A DNA stretch of 64,000 nucleotides from assembly GCF_009914755.1 (NCBI RefSeq), contig NC_060931.1. One strand, written 5' to 3'. The notes beneath the pieces are model-generated. The model saw only the letters and a program-made list of their open reading frames with translations. It did not search any database and had not been told where the DNA came from. Of this stretch, positions 35,927-57,870 are shown one piece after another. Origin of the DNA: the human T2T-CHM13v2.0 reference genome, Homo sapiens. Every line of letters begins with the position of its first letter. Within the stretch, counting starts at the first letter, position 1. Made by a program: the position numbers and the translations under genes.

Positions 35927-36068
35927 GGCTGGGCATGCTGTTGCACACCTGTAGTCCCAGCTACTTGGGAATCTGAGGTGGGAGGATCACTTGAGCCCAA
36001 GAGGTCGAGGCTAGAGTGAGCCATGATTGTGCCACTGCACTCCAGCCTGGGCCACAGAGTGAGACCCT

Positions 36069-36102
<34 letters not shown>

Positions 36103-36218
36103 AGGAAGGAAGGAAGGAAGGAAGGAAGGAACGAAGGAAGGAACGAAGGAAGGAAAGAAGAAAAAAAAGGAAAGAAAAGAAAAAAAAAGGAAAGAAAAGA
36201 AAAGAAAAAAAAAAAAAG
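35927..36218 (+). mobile_element. Alu monomer with a (GAAA/GGAA)n tail
   Basis: Right-arm-like monomer followed by a purine microsatellite. Confidence 0.85.
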
Positions 36219-36579
36219 CCCCTTCCTCCTCAGGTCGTCTTTGAGGCTTTGCAGAAATGGCCTCAGATATAGGATATAGAGGACCCTATCTTCCCCAGGC
36301 TGCCCTTCATCTTCCCTTTTCTACCCACTCCCAAACCAGGGTCTTGACCACCAACTTCTGATTTCCTGCACAGTCAAAGTCAGGGAAACTGACTTTTTCC
36401 TGACAAAGTCAGGAAACCATATATATATATACATTTTGTATTTTTTGAGATGGGGTTTTGTGCTGTCACCCAGTGATCATGGTTCACTACAGCTTTGACC
36501 TCCTGGGCTCAAGCAATCCTCCCACCTCAGCCTTTCTTTGTTCTATTCTGGAGAGCAAGGGAGATTGCCACAAATTTCT

Positions 36580-36690
36580 GTGGGTGTAGTGGTAGTGATG
36601 GTGGTGGTGATGGTGATATTGTGGTGGTGGTGGTGATGATGATGGTGAAGATGATGATGGTTAAGATAATGATGGCAATGATGTTGGTGG

Positions 36691-36722
<32 letters not shown>

Positions 36723-37890
36723 ACGATGGTGGTGATAAGGATAGTGGTGGTGAGGATGATGATATTCATGATGATGATATTTGTGTTGGTGGTGATGATG
36801 ATGATGGTAAAGATAATGATGGCAATGATGTTGGTGATGATAATGAAGATGATGATGGTGATGATGATGTGGAGATAATGATGGTGGTGGTGAGGATGAT
36901 GATGTTCATGATGATCATACTGATGGTGGTGGTAATGATGATGATAGTGGTGGTGAGGAAGATAATGAAGATGATTATGATGGTGGTGATAATGATGATG
37001 ATGATAATGGTGGTGGTGATGATGGTAGTGGTTGTGGCGACAATAAAATAGTGATGATGGTTGTGATCATAATGGTAAAGATGATGGTGATAATGATGAT
37101 GGTGGTGGTAATGATAATGATGATGATGATGCTGGTGTATGTATTAGACAGGGTTCTCTATAGGGACAGAACTAATAGAATATATATATATGGGAGTATA
37201 TAAGTACTCTTTAATATATATATTAAGGAGTATTGACTCACACAATCACAAGGTCCCACAATAGGCTGTCTGCAAGCTGAGGAGCAAGGAAGCCAGGCTG
37301 AGTCTCAAAGCTAAAGAACTTGGAGTCTGATGTTCAAAGGCAGGAAGCATCCTGCATGGGAGAAAGATTTAGGCTAGGAGGCTAAGCCAGTCTAGTCTTT
37401 TGACATTTTTTCTGCCTTTTATTCTGGCCTTGCTGGCAGCTGATTAGACTGGGCCCACCCAGATTGAGGGTGTATCTGCCTTTCCCAGTCCACTGACTCA
37501 ACATCCTCACAGACACACCCAGGAACAATACTTTGCATCCTTCAATCCAATCAAGTTGACTCTCAATATTATCTATCACGGTGGTGATAATGATGAAGAT
37601 GATAAAGGTGGTGGTGGTGATGAAGATGATGGTAGTAGTGGTAGTGATGATGATGGTTGGGGTGATGATGAAGATGATAGTGATGGTGAAGATCATGGTG
37701 GTAGTACTGGTGATAGTGGTTGTGGTGATGATGGTGATGATAATGAAGATGATGATGATGGTGATAATGATGGTGATGATGATGATAATCATGGTGGTGA
37801 TGACGGTGGTGGTGGTGGTGGTGGTGAAGATGATGGTGGCCGTGCTGGTAATGGTGGTGGTGATGATGTAGTTGTGATAATGATGATGAC
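36580..37890. repeat. Degenerate (ATG/GTG)n repeat, interrupted by MLT2A
   Basis: ~560-bp and ~310-bp triplet tracts; source of the poly-Met/Val and poly-Asp/Gly ORFs. Confidence 0.95.
37140..37580 (-). mobile_element. MLT2A (ERVL) solo LTR
   Basis: tgtattagacagggttctctatagggacagaactaatag...ccttcaatccaatcaagttgac...atcac. Confidence 0.92.
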
Positions 37891-37894
37891 AGCA

Positions 37895-38120
37895 GCAGTT
37901 AACAGTGTAAGGCATCATTTGTAGTGGTTTGCATGTATTAGCTCAGGAAGTCCTTATCAGCCAAGTATTATTAGGATGATCTACCCCATTCTACAGATGA
38001 AGAAACTGAGCCATAGAACCATTAAATAACTCCCTTAAGATGACACAGCTAGTAAAGGCGGAACTAGGACTTAGACCCAGGCAGTCTAGCTCTAGAGCCC
38101 ACACTCCCAGCCACTCACTA
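37895..38120 (-). mobile_element. MIR
   Basis: ccccattctacagatgaagaaactgag...acacagctagtaa. Confidence 0.8.
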
Positions 38121-38213
38121 ATGGTGCAAGTGGTTAAGAGTCTTTGGGGTGGTAAATCTAGAAGCAAATGAACTTGTATTGCATTTAAGTAGAACCATCA
38201 TTAATTATGTTAA

Positions 38214-38632
<419 letters not shown>

Positions 38633-40248
38633 TAGAACTGTTTGAGGGGAAACAGGTAAGGGGGCTGGACCCTTGTTTCCTGATCTCTCCAATGACCCTC
38701 TGCAGAGGCCCCAAAGGCTCTGCTTCCAGAGACCCCAGGGCTCTATAGAATTCAGCTATACTACTCATCAGTTCAGATATGGTAGATAATCCTTGCTCTC
38801 ACTTATGACCCTCCTGCTAGGTACTTTTCTTATCAGTTTTAATCCTCAGAACTGCCTTTGGAGTGAGGTGTGATTATCCTAATTTTACAGGTGAGGAGAA
38901 TGAAGCTCAGGCAAGGTTTGCAACCAGACCAAGTTCACAAAGTGTAAGTTGGTGGCAGAGCTGGGATTTGAGCCAGGACAGTATGACTCAGAAAATGTAC
39001 TGTTTTCCAGATAAATTGGCTGCTTGCTGTACATCTCCCATGTAGAAATTAGATCCATCAGTTTTCCTTTGTACACACACTGACTCACCCTCTTGGGCCT
39101 TGGAAGACTCTAGCACAGCCATCAAGTATGATTTCTCTGGGCAGCACCTGCGTGGCAGCTCTTTCTCCCACTCTCCATTCATTCCCTGCCCTGTAGGTTA
39201 TTTTTAAGTCCACAGGCTTCTCTCTTTTATTTCAACTGCCACCAGCTTGGTCCAGATGGTGGCTGAGAGCTGACTCATCTGCGCTGTAATTCCCCAGGCC
39301 CCTCTGAGCCACTCTTATGGCCAGGGTCACATCTGTGAGCTGACATCCTCTCCACTATAGTGGCCTTCTGGGCTGACAGTTCCCACATTCCTGCCAATCA
39401 ACCATCCCAGTTTCATCCATGAGCTCCTGCAGCTCTCTCAGGTGGATGCCATCTGCTTGCAGTGATTGATCTGCACTTCCTTCTTTCCAATCTGGCTTAG
39501 AACATCCTGGTATTGACCACGGTGTGATCTAGTACCTGTCTGTGTAGAGGCTATTCAAATAGCCTCTGTAGACCCAGGCTAGAAGTCCATTCAATCCATT
39601 AACTGTTTTCTTTTTATTCTTTCCTCTGCAGGGAACATCTATTAGTTACACCATCCTTTCCAAAAATGGAGTGAGCAACTGAGTTGGTGGTTTGTGCTCT
39701 CCTTGCAGGATACTGACCTTATACTGTGATCAGCAGGTTGTGTTGCTTAGTGAATGAGAGTATCGGCATTAGAGTCAGGCTGACAAGAGCTGAAGTGCTG
39801 TCTCCATCACTTCCCACCTGTGAAGCTTGTCTGGCCAGTACCACTTTGTCTCTCTTTGGGGAAATGATCTCCTCCACACGCCATCATGGTAGTTGCACTG
39901 GAGATCACCAATCACAGTACACATCCTCCTTGGCCGCAGAAATTAGCCCAGGGATGGGTCACTAGAAGCTTCCCTGAAATGTTTCTAACTGGAGCCCATG
40001 GGGGATGCTGTTTCTGATCATATGGACAATTCCAGAGCTACTCCTGACCCTTTTCTCAGTTTTCCAATGGAGAGACATGTTTGAAGCACATAAGAATGAT
40101 GCCAATAAGCACAGAGAATGAGAAGCAAGAGATAGGGGGGAAGAGAGACATAGGGCATGATTAGGAGAGTGTCATCCCGAGAACTCAGCATCTGTGGTCT
40201 CCCAAATCAGCTCTATCCCTTGCCTTTCCAGGCATATGAGCCAATAAT

Positions 40249-40283
<35 letters not shown>

Positions 40284-40863
40284 CTGAGCTAGTGTGAGTT
40301 GAGGTCCTGTAGATTGCAGCCAATGTCCAGATCAATGCAACCTCACGATGAGTTTCTTGCTGAGTCTCTAGAAGTCTTTCCTCTTCAATATCACTGAAAG
40401 GTCTTTTCTCATGCAATTGGTTTGAGAATCTCTTGCAAGCTACACAACAAAGTCTTGGCCAATTATGTCTGGCTTTGCCTCAAAGGATTCTCTACTTCTG
40501 TTTGAACAACTTGTCTTTTTTTTTTTCTTTCAGTGATCTAAACTATTTACAAAGCACTTTCACACCCTGTGCCTCAGTAAGTGCTGCCAACCACCCTTTG
40601 AGACAGGAATCTGTTCATTCAGTCAACAGCCTTTCTAGTGCTACCACTGTTTTTGGCACTGAGAATATACTGGTGAATTAGACAAAGCTCCCACTTCATA
40701 AGCTTACATTTCAGTGGGCGAGACAAACAAGTGAGTAAATACATAAATAATATAACTTCTAGAGGCAGTAAGTCCTCTGAGAACAAATGGCGTGGGGAGG
40801 TTGGGTGCCATTTTAGACAAGATGAACACAAAAGGTGATAGGTAGTCATAAGTGATTGTAAGG

Positions 40864-41890
<1,027 letters not shown>

Positions 41891-42261
41891 AGAAGGCCTT
41901 TCTGAAGAATTGACTTTCAATCAGAGATCTACACAGAGTCAGGGAGTAAGCCCATGAAGAGTATTCCAGGGAGATGCTACAACAAGTCCAAAGGCCCTGA
42001 AGCAGGAAAGAGATTGGCGTGATCTAAGAAAGCAAGGCCAGCTGGATGGCGTGAATGTGAGGAGTGAGTCTAGGCAGCTTTTAGCCCATATGGTACAATT
42101 ACGTTTGTTAGAAAAAGGTGCCCTTTCTGGGTAGACTAATTACCACTGACATCATTGTTCAGGACACACCTGGACAACTGTACCAGTTAATTGTGGAGAC
42201 AGACTTAGGAGACAAGGTCAGAGAAGGACGGGAGCCAGAACATTGGATTTTACTCTAAGCT

Positions 42262-44585
<2,324 letters not shown>

Positions 44586-44650
44586 AAGTGTTCTGGGGGC
44601 CACTATACAGTTGAGAATAGGGAATGACATCATCTTGTTACCTTCTAGAA

Positions 44651-45202
<552 letters not shown>

Positions 45203-45411
45203 TTCTAGAAGAATTTTTCTGGAAACTGCATGAAGAACAGACTTGTACAGGGACCAGAATGAAAGCAAGAACGGTGGTAACAGTGCAGGTGAGAGGAGAT
45301 GAGGACAGTGCCGGGTGTTAAGGTGGTGCTGAGAGTGGTCAGATTTGGGATCTATTCTGAAGGCTGGGCTCACAGCCTCTGCTGCCAAAATAGACATCTC
45401 ATGGAAGACAA

Positions 45412-45872
45412 AGGGAGAGACTGAGAAGGGAGAAAGAGAGGGGAAGAGAGAGGGGGGAGAGGGAGAGGGGGGAGAGGGAGAGAGGAGGAGGAGAGAGAAA
45501 GAGAGAGAGGAGAGAGAGAGGGAGAGAGAGGGGAAGGGAGGGAGAGAGAGAGAGAGATGGAGACAGAGATAGTCAGAGTTGGGGGAGAGAGGGGGAAGAG
45601 AGAGTGGGAAAGAGAGAGGGAGGGAAAGAGGGAGGGAGAGTGAAGAAAGGGGAGAGAGAGGAAGGAGGGAGAGAGGGAGGGAAAGAGAGAAAGGAAGAGA
45701 GAGAAGGGGAGACAGAGCAGAGGGAAAGAGAGAGGGAGGGAGAAAGAGAGGGGAAGGGAGTGGGAGAAACAGAGAGGAAGGAGAGGGAAAGATGGGGGAG
45801 GAGGGAGAGAGGGGAGAGAGAGGGAGACAGAGAAAAGGGGAGAGAGGGAGACGGTGGAGAGACAGGGAGGGG
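45412..45872. repeat. GA-rich polypurine tract
   Basis: ~460 bp almost entirely G/A on the + strand. Confidence 0.95.
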
Positions 45873-46151
45873 ATGACCAACTGTTAACACTTAAGCACTT
45901 CGCTCTGTCAACACTGTTAAGTGTTAAACTGTTAACACTAGGAGAAAGGTATATGTGTTCATTGTACTAGTGTTTACACTTTTCCATAAATTTGAATTTC
46001 TTTTTTTCTTAAGAGCCACTGACTTTCAAAGCCACTTGGCCTTGACTTTCTGTTCAATGAGCAATTTGTCCGGCCCATGGCCAGGCAGTGGGAAATCAAT
46101 GGTCGCCATCAATCCCGGGACTCCCGTGGCCACATGGCTGCTCCCAGTTAA

Positions 46152-46700
<549 letters not shown>

Positions 46701-47574
46701 ATGTTCCTCTTTTTCTTGGGCGGTTTTTGGCCTAGAAGCTCATCTCATCAATTGTTCTCCTGCCACCAGTTCTCTGCGATGCCAGCTATGCCAAGATTTC
46801 CATTTGCTGCCAAGGAGCTGTTCAAGCCACCCTGTTATGGAGGCTCCTGGCATTGGGATCTGCAGCCCGGCTTTGTTTAGTTTATCTGCTCTCTGGTTAC
46901 CTAATGTCTCATTGAATAGGTCAGCTTCTGTCTCTTCCAATTATTTTCTTAAGAAGGCAACAAGGCTTTCCTTTTGGCCTCTCTAACAGATGCTTCATCA
47001 ATCTTGATCACATACTTAACCCACATTCGCTGGCTTTCTCCCATGTTATTATAAGTTTAGAAAATCCACAGTAATAAATGGCAGATCTTTTTAAACTCTT
47101 GTAATATATCCTCTCTTAGTTGAGATGTGACTTCAGAAGGATCGTTTGTATCCTAATTCATTGTTTCCCTGTGTATATTCCAAGCCGTAAGTTCTCTGAG
47201 GACAGGGATTTATTCTTGTCTGATTCTCTGACCCTTAAACTGTGTCTGATGCATCGTAGAAATTCAATAAATGTTTGTGTAATGAAAGAAATGTCCCTAT
47301 TGCTACAACCATAACCCCTTGTTAATTGGGCCATCATTCAGAAGGAACAAGCCATTTCCCCGGAGACATCAGATGGTTAACAATTCACAAAGACTTCTCT
47401 GGCCTCTTCAGCCTTCAATGCCATTGTTATGCAAAAAGTATTTGCAGGGGATATTTTTGGGCAGCCTACATTTACTCAGCGACTACCCATCAAGCGATTT
47501 TGCTTTCATTTCACAAATACTTTGGGGAGCCAGGGAGCCGAGCACTGTGCTGACCTCCAAGGATAAAAGATGAA

Positions 47575-47815
<241 letters not shown>

Positions 47816-47947
47816 TTAAGACGAAGGGCCACTTGTTGCTCTTAAGGTATACCCAGCATCTTAGGGGAGGAAGATGCCAACACACAAATGACAGTCAGGC
47901 AACGCAGAGAAAGATAAATGCCATGAGAAGAAAGGCGAAAACATTAC

Positions 47948-48079
47948 CTAGATAGAGTCCCACTTCTGAAACGATCTCAAAAGCTCTCAGGAAAAGAAAT
48001 TCGCAAAATAAAAGAACAATGATATTTGTAGAGCTTATTACGATCCAATAGCCTTTGACAAGGCAGAGATTGTCATCAC
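47948..48079 (-). other. Candidate exon, 132 nt, open in phase 1
   Basis: Minus strand cattttgtgctttacag|GTGATG...CTAG|gtaatg; lies within ORF 47895-48092. Confidence 0.3.
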
Positions 48080-48394
48080 CTGTAAAGCACAAAATGTACT
48101 CCTCATTCCGTAGAGGATTCCGAGGCTCATGGAGGGAAAGGGACCTGGCCTGGATCTCACAGCTGAGAAGGCGCTAAGCTGGGACCCCGCCCCACCAACC
48201 TCACTTCCCCACTGGGTGGTTCTGTCTGGGGGGATTTGGTGTGAGGCACTGGTTTTCAGTATTGGTTGAACAGTAGACTCTCAAACCATCCCTAAATTCT
48301 GACTCAGTTGGCCTGGGGTCCTGCTGTTTCTAAAGCACCCTGAAAAACAGTAATGAAAATTACTGTGCATTAGTGATGTCTTTTCATTCTGTAT

Positions 48395-50430
<2,036 letters not shown>

Positions 50431-50489
50431 TTAAAATTTGTTTTTTCAAATGAATGAAAGTGGCCATGAATCACTGTGGGTACAAAGTA

Positions 50490-50965
50490 TGCTTTTAAAA
50501 AATCAGCTTTGTTTTTGTAAATTACATACAATTAAATGCAACTATTGTGGTCATGTAGTTCCATACATTTTGACAAATGTATACACCCACGACAACCATG
50601 TAACCATCACTGCTATCAAGACAGGGACTATGTCTATCACCTCTTGTACCCCTTTAAAGTCATTCAGCTGCATCCCCCACCTTGGGCAACCACTGATCTG
50701 CTCTCTCTCACTCTAGATTAGCTTGTTCTACAGCCTCCTGTGTGCATTTTTGAGGCTATATTAATTCCTTCATCATTGTGTTTTTGAGATTCATCCCTTT
50801 GGTGTGTATCAGGAGTTGGATCTTTTCCATTGCTGCATATTATTCCATATGGGCCTTGTTACAGTTTATCCATTTACCTGTTCAAGGTATTTCCGTTGTT
50901 TCTAGCTTGAGTCTATTAGGTATAAAACTGCTGTGAACATTGTGTACACGTCTTGTTGTGGATGA
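50490..50965 (-). mobile_element. L1ME/MD-type 3' relic
   Basis: ttttgacaaatgtatacac...ggcaaccactgatctgct...tgagattcatcc. Confidence 0.75.
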
Positions 50966-51009
50966 GACACAGTGTTAATTAAAAAAAAAAAGAAAGAATC
51001 TCAGAGCTG

Positions 51010-51770
<761 letters not shown>

Positions 51771-52760
51771 TGAATTGCAAATGGCCAGTAGACAGGGTTC
51801 GCCCTCAGTGGTGCTACAGTGAAATCTAACTTATCTACATAGTCAGATATTTGAAAACAGCCTCAAATTCACCTCCAGTCTTCCCCCATTTAGGCTACAT
51901 GTCCTTTGTTCTGCCAGCCACTGCAACCAAGACTGACTCTAGCTCGTGGCCGTTCCTTTTGCACTGCACCATGAGGAGCTGAACACATTGCCCCAGCCAC
52001 AGCCAGGCCGGCTCAGTGCTGGCCAGAAATCCCTGCTTCTGCCCACCATGCAGAAGTGACTCTCGCTGGGGACCACCACCACACATCGCTGACTCCCACA
52101 GAGCTCACAGGCAGCACCACAGCAGCCTCCGGGCGTTTCTCACATGCGCTGCTATCAAACCATGGCCCCACACCCTGTGTTTCACACAGTGGGGAGCAGA
52201 TTTATGGAAATGGAACAGGCTTGCAAATACAGATAGCTTCAAAAATGACTCAGACAACTTCATGGTTGAGAGACCCGTAATGGCTTATTACGGCAAACTG
52301 GGATGTTCTGTTGTGTATTTCTTGTTTTTCCGGCTGACATCAAGATAAATAACTGTGTTGGACTGATGGTTTCTGAGGCCCCTTCCAGCTCTAAAATTCT
52401 GTGACTCTTTGTCCTCCCACCAAATGTTCTTTGGTGCCAATGTTGGCCCCAGAATGAAGCCAACTGGACCAGGGACGGATTCAATTGTAACGTTCTCTGC
52501 AAGGAGAAAGTAGAGGAAAGAGAAAGGAAGGAGAGGGTAGCAAGAGGCAGCATTACTAAAAATTCCAAACACCATTCAGCATGAGTTGGACAAAGTCTGT
52601 TCTCCTGCATCTGGGGGAAGACAGTTGCCAGCACCACCCCCACATTAAACCATAACTTACTGGAGTTTCCTTACTGTTTATTATAAAGTGAAGTGTATTC
52701 ATCTTGGGATTTTTAGAAGCAAAAGGATAATTTTAAAGAAAAAGACCACCTTCAATTCTA

Positions 52761-53134
<374 letters not shown>

Positions 53135-53163
53135 TTATTTATCTTTAGATCAATCTATCCATC

Positions 53164-53584
53164 TGATATAGTTTGGATCTGTGTCCCCACCGAAATCCCA
53201 ACTTGAATTGTAAACTCCAGTGTTGCAGGTGTGGCCTGGTGGGAGGTGATTGGATCCTGGGGGTGGGTTTCTCATGAATGGTTTAACACCATCTCTCTTG
53301 GTAGTGTCCTCACGATAGTGCGTGACTTCTCGTGAGATCTGGTCATTTAGAAGTGTGTTGCCCCTACCCCCCCTTGCTCCTGATTTCACCATGTGACATG
53401 CCTGCTCTCTCTTCACCTTCTGCCATGATTGGAAGCTTCCTGAGGCCTCCCCAGAGGTTGAGCAGATGCCTGTGTTATGCTTCCTTTACAGCCTGAGAAC
53501 TGTGAGCCAATTCAACCCCTTTTCTTTATAAATTACCCAGTCTCAGGTATTTTATTTATGGCAAGGCAAGAATAGCCTAATACA
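53164..53584 (+). mobile_element. MSTA-type MaLR solo LTR
   Basis: tgatatagtttggatctgtgtcccc...gaatagcctaataca; perfect 5-bp TSD CCATC at 53159-53163 and 53585-53589. Confidence 0.92.
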
Positions 53585-53694
53585 CCATCCAACCCATCAA
53601 CATATGCCCATGTATTCCAATTTTTGCAAGAGAAAAATGGCATAAATGATTTTCCCAACTAACACTGTCTTCACCATTTTCCCATGCCATTAAA

Positions 53695-54385
53695 ATTTTT
53701 TTTTAATTTTTATTTTAAGTTCTGGGGTACATGTGCAGGATGTGCAGGTTTGTTACACAGGTAAACATGTGCCATGGTGGTTTGCTGCAGCTATCAACCT
53801 GTCACCTAGGTATTAAGCCCAGCATGCATTAGCTATTTATCCTGATGCTCTCCCTCCCCAGACCCCACTCCTGACAGTCCCCAGTGTGTGTCGTCCCCCT
53901 CCCTGTGTCCATGTGTTCTCATTGTTCAGCTCCCACTTACAAAAGAGAACATGTGGTGTTTGGTTTTCTGTTCCTACATTAGTCTGCTGAGGATGATGGC
54001 TTCTAGCTCCATCCATGTCCCTGCAAAGGACATGATCTCGTTCCTTTTTGTAGCTGCATAGTATTCCATGATGTATATGTACCACATTTTCGTTATCCAG
54101 TCTATCACTGATGGATATTTGGGTTGATTTCATCTTTGCTATTGTGAATAGTGTGGCAAAATATTCTTTCAAAATGTAAACTATTCAATAGCATTCCATG
54201 AAGTTGATAAACTGTAATGTGTCTCATTTTTCAGCTCCCACTTATTAATGAGAGCATGTAGTGTTTGGCTTTCTGTTGCTGCATTAGTTTGCTAAGGATA
54301 ATGGCTTCCAGCTTCATCCATGTCCCTGCAAAGGACATGATCTCATTCCTTTTTATGGCTGCATAATATTCCATGGTGTATATGC
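53695..54385 (-). mobile_element. Two L1PA 3' fragments (53695-54155 and 54225-54385)
   Basis: ttctggggtacatgtgcaggatgtgcaggtttgttac; ORF 54231-54455 MEYYAAIKRNEIMSFAGTWMKLEAIILSKL is L1 ORF2 C-terminus-like. Confidence 0.88.
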
Positions 54386-54963
54386 ATCTTAGACATTCAG
54401 GTTGCTTGTAATTTTTTCCTATTACCACAGTGCAGAGACAACCATTCTTGTACATGGATCTTTGTATTTTCAGTTATTTTAAAGATACATTTGCTGAAAT
54501 ATAATTTGGGGCCAAAAAATATGAACTTTCTTAAGACTTTTCATATGTATGTGTCACCCACTTATTCTCCATAATCCCTCTGTGCCTCTGCAGTCATGTG
54601 CTTCCTTCCTCTAGTAAGTTTTCAGAATAATGGAGCAGGTCAACTCTCAGTTTTATGCCCTCATTGAACAAAACCCAGAAGAGTGAAAGGTAAAAATGAC
54701 ATGCAAAATACTAAATTTCTCTCCAAGGATTCTAGGCCTCATAAGTGAGGGAAAAAACACAAACAGTCAGAAAGAAAACTGGAGTTAAACTGACATAATT
54801 GAAACAACCACATACTAAATATCCTGGTGGAAGCCAGAATGCCAAAGAGCATTGTTATGTCAAGAAAATGTCCCTTAAGCAAGAATGGCAGGTCCAGTAC
54901 CATTAATGCCTGGCAGCTCTTAGAGACGGTGCCCACATAGCTAAAGGAACCTAGTCCCTTGCT

Positions 54964-55984
<1,021 letters not shown>

Positions 55985-56144
55985 ATCCTCACCTAGTAGA
56001 AGGACTGGTTTATGTGGACAGGGCTTTGTGTTTGTAATCTGGTTTCACCAGCTTCTAATGCAGGACCCCAGGCCCTTGCAAAGTACCCTTCCTTCAAATA
56101 TTTCTGGGAGTCCTTCAGGGAGTATCAAGCACATTGTACTTTCC

Positions 56145-56565
56145 ATGATGGCTGCAACACTATCTCATATCTTATTAGCTATTCTGCAGTGTGACCTTGC
56201 CTTTACCCACATCAAGACGTAGAGTCTAATATCCATTCCTCTGGAGTCTGGGCTGGCCTTGGTGGCTTGCTTGCAACCAACAGAGAGCAGCAGAAATGAT
56301 GCTCCATGATCTGTAAGGCCAAGTTAGAAAAGGCCGTGCAGCTTCCAGATAGTCCCTCTTGGAGTCCAGCTGCCATGTTGTGGGGAAGCCCAAGCCACAA
56401 GAATCCACAAAAATGCACTCTGGCTCATAGCCCACACTGAGCCCAGCTAGCAAGTGATCCCAGCTCAGGCATCCCAGCTGAGGGAAATCCCCAGCCACTT
56501 CCCAGCTGTGCCCTGAATGGATTCCTGAGCCCCACAACCTGTGAGCATAGCAAAATGACTGTTTT
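56145..56565 (+). mobile_element. MLT1 LTR relic
   Basis: cccacatcaagacgtagagtct...tctgggctggccttgtgg...cctgtgagcatagcaaaatgactgtt. Confidence 0.7.
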
Positions 56566-57084
56566 TTTTGTTTTTTTTTTTTTTTTTTTTTATCATTTTT
56601 GGATGATGCAGCTAAAGCCTAAAGAGGTACTGCTGCTCGCTTAAAGTTATTTTGCTGATTAATGGAGCTGGATTAAAATCCAGACCTCATAAATTTTCAA
56701 TCAGAGCTCCTTCCACCATTTATTCTTTCAACAAATGTTTACTGTTACTAGGGCTCCACGTGCTGTTTTGGGCACTGGGGAGGTGGCAGTGACTCCTGAA
56801 TCTAGCTCCAGAGGACAGAATGAGGACTGATGGGTGATCCCTGTGGAGAGGCTGGTTACAATTCGGTGTAGACAAGACCTCTGGAGCAAGGAGAACTTTC
56901 TGCAAATGGAATGACCTTGAGGGGTGACACAGAGGAGCTGGATGTCTGGGACAGATGATTGGATTTAATAAGCATTGAGATCAGCCCCAACTCTTCCCTT
57001 CCAACTTGGGGAGTCTATTACTTCCAAACTTTGTTTCTAAAAGGATTTAAAGCAACTTTATTTTATTTGACTCACAACTACCTC

Positions 57085-57610
57085 TTTTCTTTTCTTCTTC
57101 TTTTTTTTTTTTTTTTTTGAGAGATGAAGTCTTGCTCTGTTGCCCAGGCTGAAGTGCCAGTGGCACAATCTTGGCTCACTCCACCTACTAGGTTCCAGTG
57201 ATTCTCCTGCCTCAACCTCCCGGGTAGCTGGGATTACAGGCACACGTCACCATGCCCAACTCATTTTTGTATTTTTAGTAGAGACTGGGTTTCACCATAC
57301 CGGCCAGGCTGGTCTCGAGCTCCTGACCTTAGGTAATCCATCCACCTCGGCCTCCCAAAGTGCTAGGATTACAGGCATAAGTCACCAAGCCCAGCCAAAA
57401 CTACCTCTTTTAGCCAAGGTGCTCTTTAAGAAAGAGTTCTTCAGTCAGTGTGGTGGCGGGCACCTATAGTCCCAGCTACTCAGGAGGCTGAAGTGAGAGG
57501 ATCACTTGAGCCCAGGAGTTCGAGGCTGCAGTGAGCTATGAATCCATCACTGCACTCCAGCCTGGGAGACAGAGCGAGATCCTGTCTCAAAAAAACAAAA
57601 AGAAAAATAA
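57085..57610. mobile_element. AluS 57085-57396 (-) and right monomer 57443-57610 (+)
   Basis: Alu matches; first has TSD aactacctctttt. Confidence 0.88.
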
Positions 57611-57714
57611 ACCCAAAACTAGCCAAATAAAAAATATTAAAAAAAAGAAAACCCTTCTACTAAATTTTATGATGTCGTCTGTACAATATTTGTCTTGCCT
57701 ACCCCCAAAGTAGA

Positions 57715-57870
57715 AGACAGCATCAGGAGACATAGGTTCAAATCCCAGCTCCACCTCTCACTAGCTCGGTGGCCCTGGACAAATGATTTAATATCTGAGC
57801 CTCAGTAAAGTGGAAAAACACACTTCCCATCACACAGGGATTGTTGTGAGGATTAAAATACTTATGTAAA
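57715..57870 (+). mobile_element. MIR
   Basis: ggttcaaatcccagctccacctctcactagct...ctgagcctcagt...gttgtgaggattaaa. Confidence 0.8.

Noticed and set aside
36495-37924. Poly-Met/Val and acidic Asp/Gly ORFs
   Set aside because: Simple-repeat artefacts, interrupted by an LTR
39632-39670. Plus-strand exon after a strong polypyrimidine acceptor
   Set aside because: Weak donor (GGA|gtgagc) and no supporting exons
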